Origin: Turneriella sp.
GTDB lineage: Bacteria > Spirochaetota > Leptospiria > Turneriellales > Turneriellaceae
Direction of reading: 5' to 3'
NCBI GenBank assembly: GCA_965279515.1
Contig: CBDIID010000003.1
Span: 4,352,001 to 4,416,000, forward strand
DNA length: 64,000 bases
In this document: one piece after another, positions 39,301-46,361 of the stretch
How the letters are laid out: each line of letters starts with the position of its first letter
Position numbering within the stretch: position 1 is the stretch's first letter
Translations under genes and position numbers: made by a program
Notes under the pieces: generated by a model
The model's input: only the letters and a program-made list of their open reading frames with translations
What the model was told of the DNA's origin: nothing
Databases searched by the model: none

Positions 39301-39428
39301 GGTTCGGAAAAGAAGACGGAGAAACGTTCGCGGCCGTCACCGAGCCCGGGGTCGTTAAAACCCATTTTGCAGTGGATAAGGCTGAGCATAAGTAACGGCA
39401 AAAGGCTACGCGATAATTTTGCGATCAT
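36390..39428 (-). CDS. Phospholipase D-superfamily lipoprotein (two HKD motifs) with lamin-tail domains
   Basis: Lipobox LSLIH-C. HKD motifs HDKFAVVD...GTGN and HCKTVLVD...GSFN. LTD-like segments IIITEVGW...DDFVEIMN...IDVSHW and IINEVRV...DWAEI. Start is ATG 39428 or GTG 39452. Confidence 0.88.
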   Translation of the reverse strand: MIAKLSRSLLPLLMLSLIHCKMGFNDPGLGDGRERFSVFFSEPGKDQDTMIDKKVDDELVKLIDGAERYMYLSVYNFNKTSVVQAVLRAYQRNIDVRVVGDIDEFYTSGYQSMYVNNINMTLGNANGIQHDKFAVVDDKYVFMGTGNISDTDMVRNNNNWYIIQNDTIVKLYKDEFLQMHNGLFASQKRQRNATTSVVMNNSVLELYFSPYQGDEAMDRIINLVESATTSIHYMIFANTHDELDAAMVKMARQKGIPVYGIHDSTFIIGVSEEAPKLYSAGFNNNGSMNPTGPFVRWDGNENTSVKNNPAHGGKMHCKTVLVDAGTPNARMATGSFNWSNNAINNNDENVIIVNQARVVNTIYEQWKGAWGIANDMALKVVKHGHTANLRDIIITEVGWGGASDGGTIDKTDDFVEIMNNSSAPIDVSHWAIQWGTNDKRNLYPIPDNYNWYYENRQSCSGFAAYATPQPNVICPGQIRLFYNNKPSAFADTGADEQIVYDDQGGEIRNSSGGALSTEHFKFSGTKGFKISNSSFKIRLFDKAMNLIDEAGDGFTAPAGVYDDFSGTKITQSMERRGCSAGSGGSWPPATLPTCPNVVSGNLADAWFSHSTGAAYTCTSRQDSNGTTSFDGCTAKAASTYSSAGYIYATEVNPVIKKVEAISTSQIAVTFDSNMTSAVNNCIGAASKISVALTQGGCGAPTVTGITAGNSSAQVIVALSTNLMTAPTCRYSVTANATCKDSDVAGVRNAGGSVLHVNGPAGAFATAIINEVRVAGSVSVGTFGAKDWAEIKITGAGTTRGLKLYYYNDEELRLVYEFSDMYTPAGTILSVGIAQAAFIQPDRTSGTLTFPMAISLRDTAGFDGTDGTFILTYCATGENDTVDTTKAECSLPYKGIQDALYYTDRDGTLTQQMVVGPLTHFYNNLQSFWPMPERPVFGLNDRVTQLTGICVSSDASTAENTAYSCSASDGGVSRAAADLGAIRNAGKAGWKHLTASTSSAPLVLTPNATNTGW

Positions 39429-39498
39429 TGCTTTGTACTTCCGCAGGGGCACAATAACGCACCACCGGTAAACGATCAGGGTAAGTCCCTTACGGTGG

Positions 39499-41808
39499 TC
39501 AAATAAATTTTGTTATATGCCGGGCTTCGATATCGGTTAGCTTAGAAACGCCACAAACCTTCATGGTTTGCCTGAGTTCTGCAATGTAATATTGTAATAA
39601 CCTCATGACCCCGGCGCGGCCGTGGCCCACCGCCATGATGGCAATGGGCCGCCCAATGAGGATTGCATCTGCGCCCAACGCCAGCATACGAAAAATGTCG
39701 GCCCCCGAACGCACACCGCCGTCCGCTAAAACCTGTACGCGGGGAGCGTTGCGGCGAATAAAGGCGGCGATTTGCGGCAAGACCCGCGCCGTACCCGGCA
39801 TGCCGTCTAAGACACGGCCGCCATGGTTCGATACCGCAATCGCAGATGCACCGGCCTCGATGGCCGTGGCCGCGTCCTGTTCGGTCATGACACCCTTGAT
39901 GATGAACGGCAGTTTTGATACCGAGGCGAGCTCTCTCAGTTCGGCGAGGGACTTGTGCCGGGTTTCCGCGCTCTTCAAAACCATCGTTTTAAACGAGACG
40001 CCGTCGATATCCATGCCCCAACCGACGGCACCAGCTTTTTCAGCTTCCTGAATCCGGCGGATAAGTTCCGTTTGGTCGGTGCGCGGTTTGAAAATGGGTA
40101 TGCCGGTACCGAGCATTTCAATTGCGTGCAGGCCGGTCTTGTATTTATCCGCCGCCGCGCCGTCGCCGAAGGTTGGCATGAGGTTCAGGTGTTTCATCGC
40201 CGTGCCGGTTTCGAGAGCATAGTCGTATTCCGTGATGGATCCCCCCATGTTCGTCACGCTGCCGGTGATGGGAGCGGAAAAAACCGGCGCGAGGAGCTCC
40301 AGCCTGTCGTCATGGAAAAGACGAAATGTTGTGTCCGGTGCCTGCACTTTGTTTTCCACCGTCGTGTATGCAGGTGTAATTTTATACTCCGCGAGCGCGT
40401 TAAAATTATCGCGGAACGTATTCATGTCGCCGCGACCACCCATACCCGGTACGCCCGAGGCGCAGTATCCGCCGTCGCAGACCTTGCAGACCCAGCAGAA
40501 CTCATTGTTGAATTTTTCACGCGCTGTCTTCGCCATCGGCCGCGCATTATAGGCGGGAATTTTGCTTTCAAATGGCAGTTCAGTCTTCAGGCGATCGAAG
40601 ACGGCTTCGGCTGCAGCCAGCGTCGGTGAGTGGATGACAGAGTGGATGACCTTGCCGATGTTATTCTGCAGGTTTCCGACAGTGTCTCCCTCTTTGTAAT
40701 TGCAGATGATTTCTTTGAGGCCATCGGCGGCATATTTTTCCTTCAAGGCCGCGAGTTTTTCCGTGGTGGGTAATCCCACAAGTTCGCCGGGGTCGGCATA
40801 GAGCGAGCGCTCGATGGCGATACCTTCGGTTCTAAGGGCCGTCGCATAATCAGGCACGACGGAAGCGTCGCGCAGCATCAGGCGCGCAAACATCTGCATG
40901 AGGCTCTTGCCATGTGCGGCTTTGTACGTGTGCGTGCTCATGAAGCCGCCCGAGAGCCGGCCGGCAATTTCGCCGATGACGATGTCGCCCTTCGGCGTCA
41001 GGCGCAGATCGCCCTTGAGCGCGCCGTGGTAAGGTTTGTCCGCGAGCGTCGAGAGTGAATCGGCATAAGATTGCATGGTCTTCAGGATCTTCGAATACTC
41101 TTCTGCGGAAAAATTTCCCGGCAGTGTGTGGCCGTTCTCGATAAAAAAATGGCGGTCCTTGATTTCGATGAGGCGATCGGCAACGCCGGTCAAAAATACT
41201 TTGCCTTCGAAGCAGAGCGCATCGACCGAGATTTCGCGCGCGGGCACGAAATGTTCGAGAATGACTTCGCCATTTTTATCGGCATGGGCAGAAAACTCAA
41301 AAGCAAACGCCAACTCTTCCGCCGACCTGAGGTACATGACCCCGCGCGCGCCCATGTTCTGTACCGGTTTGATGACAAAACCTTCTGCCGAGGGGTTTTG
41401 TTTTGCCCAGTTTTCGCAATCCTGCTTTTTGGTGGCGTATGTATACGCCGGGTGAGGGTGCCCATGTGCACGGCAGAAGTCGCGCATTTTGCCCTTGTGT
41501 GTCAGCACAATGCCCTGGGCAGTATTGAGTCCCGGAAGATCCAGCGCATCGTTGACACGCCCCACGATATGTGAAAAATCCGTGGCGAGAGTACAGACAA
41601 AGGCCAGCTTGTCGCGCATGGGTCTGAGCTCGGCGATAACCTTTTCCGCATCGGCGATCTGTACCTCGCGGAATTCGTCGGCATCATAACGCGCGAAGGC
41701 GTTGTTGTCCTGGTCGAGCGCAACCACGCGCAGCCCCATTTGTTTCGCCTCGCGGATGAACGGTTGTTGCAGGCGGCCGGCGCCGAGAATGGCAACGGTT
41801 GCGGGCAT
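39499..41808 (-). CDS. Fusion of an ATP-grasp ligase and an FMN-dependent alpha-hydroxy-acid oxidase with a Cys cluster
   Basis: N-terminal half: LGAGRLQ, HKGKMR, VIKPVQNMGARGV, LEHFV...EISVD, EIAGRLSG. C-terminal half: CWVCKVCDGGYC, APITG, IIKGVM, SNHGGRVLD, DGGVRSGAD, IGRP. Confidence 0.85.
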   Translation of the reverse strand: MPATVAILGAGRLQQPFIREAKQMGLRVVALDQDNNAFARYDADEFREVQIADAEKVIAELRPMRDKLAFVCTLATDFSHIVGRVNDALDLPGLNTAQGIVLTHKGKMRDFCRAHGHPHPAYTYATKKQDCENWAKQNPSAEGFVIKPVQNMGARGVMYLRSAEELAFAFEFSAHADKNGEVILEHFVPAREISVDALCFEGKVFLTGVADRLIEIKDRHFFIENGHTLPGNFSAEEYSKILKTMQSYADSLSTLADKPYHGALKGDLRLTPKGDIVIGEIAGRLSGGFMSTHTYKAAHGKSLMQMFARLMLRDASVVPDYATALRTEGIAIERSLYADPGELVGLPTTEKLAALKEKYAADGLKEIICNYKEGDTVGNLQNNIGKVIHSVIHSPTLAAAEAVFDRLKTELPFESKIPAYNARPMAKTAREKFNNEFCWVCKVCDGGYCASGVPGMGGRGDMNTFRDNFNALAEYKITPAYTTVENKVQAPDTTFRLFHDDRLELLAPVFSAPITGSVTNMGGSITEYDYALETGTAMKHLNLMPTFGDGAAADKYKTGLHAIEMLGTGIPIFKPRTDQTELIRRIQEAEKAGAVGWGMDIDGVSFKTMVLKSAETRHKSLAELRELASVSKLPFIIKGVMTEQDAATAIEAGASAIAVSNHGGRVLDGMPGTARVLPQIAAFIRRNAPRVQVLADGGVRSGADIFRMLALGADAILIGRPIAIMAVGHGRAGVMRLLQYYIAELRQTMKVCGVSKLTDIEARHITKFI

Positions 41809-42077
41809 TAGGCTTGAGGGGGCGCCTCGGCGCGCTCGATCACAAAGGAGTGCATGCCTGCATCGGTTTCGGGTTTGATCGCTGCGAGAATTTTACGGTG
41901 GATCGCCATCGTCGCCATACCCCTGAAATTTTCATCGCTGATTTGCAGGCGGTAATGTGTTTCACCGTCAAAACCATGCAAATGGCCGGCATGGTCAGCG
42001 GAGTCATCAAAGATCCGGAAAGCTGCCGCCGGGAACGCCTGGCGTAAAAGCTGAGCGAGTCGGTCGTGCCGGTTCAT
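41808..42077 (-). CDS. bolA: BolA family protein
   Basis: Motifs DDSADHAGH, ETHY, FRGMATMAIHRKI and GMHS. Confidence 0.9.
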   Translation of the reverse strand: MNRHDRLAQLLRQAFPAAAFRIFDDSADHAGHLHGFDGETHYRLQISDENFRGMATMAIHRKILAAIKPETDAGMHSFVIERAEAPPQA

Positions 42078-42095
42078 ATTTCCTTATCGGATTTT

Positions 42096-42797
42096 TTATT
42101 CCGGTTGAAAAGGCGTAATGGGCCCCGGCGGTGAAAACGCCCGATTTTTAAGTTCGGCGCCAAAGCTTTCGGCGACGCCCAGGCGCACGCGGCGGATCAA
42201 ATCATATTTATTGTACGAAGGCAGAATATTGGTCATAAACTCGGCATGGCGCCGGCCCTTGCGGTACTCGGGCTCTTTCGGTGGAGGCCGCAGGTAGTAG
42301 GGTATCGTGCCGATGGCCTTTTTGTCATAGAGCAAAGTGCCGTGGTGCATAATCCAGCCCCGCTTACGGCACTGCGCATTCCCCGAAAATTTACGGATTG
42401 CGCCGCGGCATAAAATCGCCAGGTCGGAGTATCCCTGCCGGGAAACTTTGGAGCCCAGCCGGCAGGCGACGGCGGCGAGAATTTTCTCATACGAGAAGCC
42501 GACATTCATGAATTCGGGAAATTTTTCCAGGGAAAGAAACAGGCTGTAGTTGAGGTTGCCATCCGCATGGATGACCGAGCCGCCCCCCGATATGCGCCGG
42601 TAGACAGGGGGATGTCCCTTGTGCAGCCAGATCTCTTTTTCCTTTTCGAGTGATTTGCCGAGCACCAGCGCGGGAAAATTTTCGTAGAACAGCAGGTACA
42701 TCGACGCCGGGTCTTTTGCTGCACGCAGGAAAAAATCTTCAAAGGCAAGATTCACACCGCAGTGCCTGGATTTCAGCAGCGTGGTGTAGAGAATCAC
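42096..42797 (-). CDS. Lipoate--protein ligase family (LplA/LipM catalytic domain only)
   Basis: Motifs NLAFED, RRISGGGSVIH, NLNYS, KFSGNAQ and HHGTLLY. Confidence 0.88.
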   Translation of the reverse strand: MILYTTLLKSRHCGVNLAFEDFFLRAAKDPASMYLLFYENFPALVLGKSLEKEKEIWLHKGHPPVYRRISGGGSVIHADGNLNYSLFLSLEKFPEFMNVGFSYEKILAAVACRLGSKVSRQGYSDLAILCRGAIRKFSGNAQCRKRGWIMHHGTLLYDKKAIGTIPYYLRPPPKEPEYRKGRRHAEFMTNILPSYNKYDLIRRVRLGVAESFGAELKNRAFSPPGPITPFQPE

Positions 42798-42800
42798 AGC

Positions 42801-45140
42801 TCAGGTAAGCTTAGCGATTTTGAGTTCCGCTGCGGTCGCGTGGTTATCGAGCACGAAATAGTTCCGCTCGTCCGAAAGCGCCGGCGCGATGGTGTCGCGC
42901 GCAAGGGTGCGCAGCGGCACGTCTGCATCCGCGTAGCGGATGGTGAAATCGGCAGGCAGCGAGAAGATATGCTTCGTGGCATTGGATAGCCCTTTAAGCT
43001 TCAGAGAGCCAGCCGCCAATTCGAGGCCCGTGACTGACCAGGGCGTATAGATGTTCTCCACCTTAGCTTCGCCGGTGAGCCATTTCTCGCGAAAACCCGA
43101 AAGCCAGATGATAGCCTCGCTACCATCGACGAGCGCCATTTCGCGCGCAACCAGATTGCGTATCATAATGATCGCTTCGGCTGAGGCCCAGCCATGGAAG
43201 CCGTCGCCCATGCAACCACCGCCGGTATTGACGTGGATCGCTTCGGGGAAGGTATATGCCTTTTGTGCCTTCTCGCGGATGCTGCGGATAATTTTCCGCG
43301 CCTCGGCGGTGCGGCCGAAATAGAGATAACTCTCTGCCATCTGCAATGTCAGGTAGGGGTTGAGCCCGGAATGGATATTTTCCTGGAAAAAGCAGCCGCG
43401 GAAAAAATAATTATCGCGGATGATGTTCAGGGTGCGCATCAGGCGCTGGTCGGCGAATTCTGCCACCTGTAGCGGGTAGGCGGCGGCGATCGAACCGATC
43501 ATGCCCGCGTCTTTGCCACGGCCCAATGCCGCCGGCAGATACGAATAGGCCGCCAGATAGCGGTTGAGCGAACCTGAGAGATTGTCATAGATCTTGCGCG
43601 CGCGCTCCTCGAGGCCAATGACCTTGAGGTGGGGCTGAATTGCTTTCAGCCCCCCGAGCGCCCAGAAATTATCCCAGAGATACCAGTCAGCCGGCCCCAA
43701 ATGTTCGGCGGAAAAACCCGGTGGCAATACACCACCATGCTGCAAACTGGCTTTTTCGATCCATGTCAGCATCTTCTCAATCTGTTTCTTGAGCTGCTGG
43801 ATGACCACACCATCATGGGTGAAGCGCACATATTGCGCGAGAATCCACAGCGCCTGGCCATTGGCATCCCACTCGCCGCTCTGCGACAGGAAAAGACCCG
43901 AAGGTTTGACCAGGCCGACAAAACGTTCGATGATCGGCCGCACGGCTTTTTTCGCCCCCATGAGCAGCAGCGCATACATCATGATCACGGCGTCGCGGAT
44001 CCAGAAATGGTGGTAGGTATAAGAGCCGGGTTTGATCGAATCAAAGTCCCAGAGCGCGATGAGATGGCTCTTCGCATGTTCGAGCCAGTCGCCGTATTCC
44101 TTCGGCAACTCGGCCGTCAGCATATCGCCGAAATATTCATCGACGATTTTGCGTGCGCTTTTGTCGGCCAGCGCGGCCGGCATGTATTCGGCCTGGTGGT
44201 CGCGGATGGTGCCTGTGCAGCGGTCAGCAGCGCTGAAATAAAACGCGGCTGTCGTGAGCCCGATCGAGTCTTTGGCGTCGTGCGCTTCGCGGAAGTTTTC
44301 TTTTTTGCGCGCCAGGCGCCGTATGCGGGGGACAATCCGCCTGAGCGCATCGCCGTTCTGCCAGTCTGAGACCAGCGCATGGTCGGGTGATTTTTCGAAG
44401 CTGAAATCAGCGTCGCCCGTCAGTTGGTGTTTTTTTTCGCTGTAATGCAGTTTGTAGAGCAGGGCTGGGCCTTCGACATTGAAGGGTCGCACCGAAAGCA
44501 GAATCGGCTTGGTACCCGAGGCCTTGAACTCAATACCCGTCGGCGTCGCGGTGTACTCGACAGAGATGCCCCGCCATTTACAGACAATGCGGTTCGCAGC
44601 CTTAAGTTCTAGTTTGACGTCTGCCGCGTTTGTCTGCGGGCGCACGAGGCGGCCATTGTCATAGGTGGCAAACTCGAGTGTGTAGGAGCCGGGATAAACC
44701 ATGATGCCGCCCGCCATATCGACCGAGGCTTCGATCGCGCGGCCGGGAAAACCAATCGCCACCCAGTTGCGCTGTGTCTGGTTCATTGAGAGAATGTTGT
44801 GTGAGCGCGGCAGAAACGACGTTGATGAGGGATTGTATTGTTCTTCGGCCCAAAGCGGCGGCAGAAATTTTCTGTTAAACTGGAAAAAGCTGTAGTTCCA
44901 AAACCCTGAGGCGAAGAGCCGCGAATTCATCGGCAAGGTTTCGGCGGGCCATTCGGTCTTGGTGGGGTTGCCCAGCTTCATTGCCGAGCGCAGCATGTCG
45001 GTGGCGTCCAGGGGAACGCCGACACGGCGCAGGAAAAAGCGGCCGATCGAAAGTTTAACCCGCGACCAACGCGAGTCTTTCGGTAAAACATATTCGCTCT
45101 GGCGGCGGAGCGGTGCGGCGGGCGGGCGACGGATGGTCAC
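42801..45140 (-). CDS. Putative (alpha/alpha)6-barrel glycoside hydrolase/phosphorylase
   Basis: Six-hairpin-type motifs YHHFWIRDA, GEWDANGQALW, SAEHLG...YLWDNFW and FPEAIH...GDGFHGWA. Confidence 0.65.
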   Translation of the reverse strand: MTIRRPPAAPLRRQSEYVLPKDSRWSRVKLSIGRFFLRRVGVPLDATDMLRSAMKLGNPTKTEWPAETLPMNSRLFASGFWNYSFFQFNRKFLPPLWAEEQYNPSSTSFLPRSHNILSMNQTQRNWVAIGFPGRAIEASVDMAGGIMVYPGSYTLEFATYDNGRLVRPQTNAADVKLELKAANRIVCKWRGISVEYTATPTGIEFKASGTKPILLSVRPFNVEGPALLYKLHYSEKKHQLTGDADFSFEKSPDHALVSDWQNGDALRRIVPRIRRLARKKENFREAHDAKDSIGLTTAAFYFSAADRCTGTIRDHQAEYMPAALADKSARKIVDEYFGDMLTAELPKEYGDWLEHAKSHLIALWDFDSIKPGSYTYHHFWIRDAVIMMYALLLMGAKKAVRPIIERFVGLVKPSGLFLSQSGEWDANGQALWILAQYVRFTHDGVVIQQLKKQIEKMLTWIEKASLQHGGVLPPGFSAEHLGPADWYLWDNFWALGGLKAIQPHLKVIGLEERARKIYDNLSGSLNRYLAAYSYLPAALGRGKDAGMIGSIAAAYPLQVAEFADQRLMRTLNIIRDNYFFRGCFFQENIHSGLNPYLTLQMAESYLYFGRTAEARKIIRSIREKAQKAYTFPEAIHVNTGGGCMGDGFHGWASAEAIIMIRNLVAREMALVDGSEAIIWLSGFREKWLTGEAKVENIYTPWSVTGLELAAGSLKLKGLSNATKHIFSLPADFTIRYADADVPLRTLARDTIAPALSDERNYFVLDNHATAAELKIAKLT

Positions 45141-46000
45141 GCGTTGGATTTTTTTCCGCGCGTCACGATGTAACCAAAAATCGCGGCCGTGAAAAACATC
45201 AGGATGCTGTAGATCGCGGCCGGCATGGCGATCGCGGTGTTCATGAGTACGGTTGTGGCGACCGCGATCGCGAGCGTACCATTGTGTATGCCGATTTCCA
45301 TGCCGACGGCAATCGCCTGCGGTTTTTCGACGCCGAAAACCCGCGGCGCAATATAACCCACAATGAGGCTCAGGGTATTGAAGAGCAGCATGACGAGACC
45401 CACATTCTTGAAATTATCGGCGAGTGTCGCCCGCTGGTCGACAACGGCGACGACGATGGCGAGTACCAGGGCAATGACCGAAAGAATCTTGACCGGCTTA
45501 TCGAGTTTTGCCGCGACACCCGCTGCGAAATGCCGTATCAGCATACCGATCGATACCGGGCCCAAAACGACGGCAAAGACCTGGATTACCTTTTGTGTCG
45601 GCAGCGGCACCTGTTGGTTCGCCGCGAGAAAGTGTGCGAGGCTGAAAGTGACAATGAGCGGCAGTGTGAAAAGACTTAAGAGGCTGTTCACGGCGGTGAG
45701 TGTGATGTTAAGCGCGACATCCCCCTTAAAAAGATGGCTGTAGAGGTTTGCAGTCACACCCCCAGGAGATGCGGAGAGCAGCATCACGCCGACCGCGAGC
45801 GTGCCCGGCAGGTTGAAGAGCTTGCAGAGCGCAAAAGCCGCAGCGGGCAGAATGAAGAGCTGACAAAACAAGCCGATAAAAGCCGCCTTGGGATAACGCA
45901 CGACGCGCGCAAAATCGCCGATCGTGAGGTGCAGCCCCAGCCCCAGCATAATGATTGCAAGGGCAAGGCTCAGTATTTTGGTCAGTAAGACGATGTCCAT
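45137..46000 (-). CDS. Bile acid:sodium symporter (BASS) family transporter
   Basis: Motifs IMLGLGL, QLFILP, SPGGVTAN, GDVALNITLT and EIGIHNG, with multiple TM helices. Confidence 0.93.
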   Translation of the reverse strand: MDIVLLTKILSLALAIIMLGLGLHLTIGDFARVVRYPKAAFIGLFCQLFILPAAAFALCKLFNLPGTLAVGVMLLSASPGGVTANLYSHLFKGDVALNITLTAVNSLLSLFTLPLIVTFSLAHFLAANQQVPLPTQKVIQVFAVVLGPVSIGMLIRHFAAGVAAKLDKPVKILSVIALVLAIVVAVVDQRATLADNFKNVGLVMLLFNTLSLIVGYIAPRVFGVEKPQAIAVGMEIGIHNGTLAIAVATTVLMNTAIAMPAAIYSILMFFTAAIFGYIVTRGKKSNA

Positions 46001-46197
46001 GGGGCGGGGTAAAACAAGGGTTCATATATTAAAGAAGAAAAAAGATTTAAACGGGATAAAAACAATCGGCAAAGTTTTTGCGCGTCGCACAATCTGTGAA
46101 CTGGTGCGAAATACTTCGTTCTTTTTTCTAAAACTTTTCCCAACTTCGATTGACGCAATGTGACATAATGTGAATTCCATCCCTAGGTCTCTTCCCA

Positions 46198-46331
46198 GGA
46201 TTTTCTACCGGTTAAGCCGATAGAAAATCCCCGGACAGCACGATAATAAAGTTAGTAGGGGTGTCTAAAGGGTCGAACCATCGACTTTTTAGACAAACCT
46301 ATAGGCGCCCGCGGATTTATCCCGCAGGCGT
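46198..46331 (+). promoter_or_regulatory. Structured putative 5' leader of nrdJ (three hairpins)
   Basis: Stems 46198-46207/46221-46230, 46262-46276/46281-46295 and 46305-46314/46322-46331, ending 30 nt before the ATG. Confidence 0.55.
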
Positions 46332-46361
46332 GAATTTGTATATTATATTAAGGGGTAGCTT

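Noticed and set aside
42084..42110. TCCGATAA upstream of bolA as a sigma-28 promoter
   Set aside because: There is no -35 at the correct spacing, and the sequence overlaps the SD inside a tightly coupled operon.
46088..46098. CACA-ATC-TGTG as an NrdR box, and the nrdJ leader as a cobalamin riboswitch
   Set aside because: The palindrome is too short and not in a tandem pair, unlike typical 16-bp NrdR boxes. No B12-box motifs are visible.
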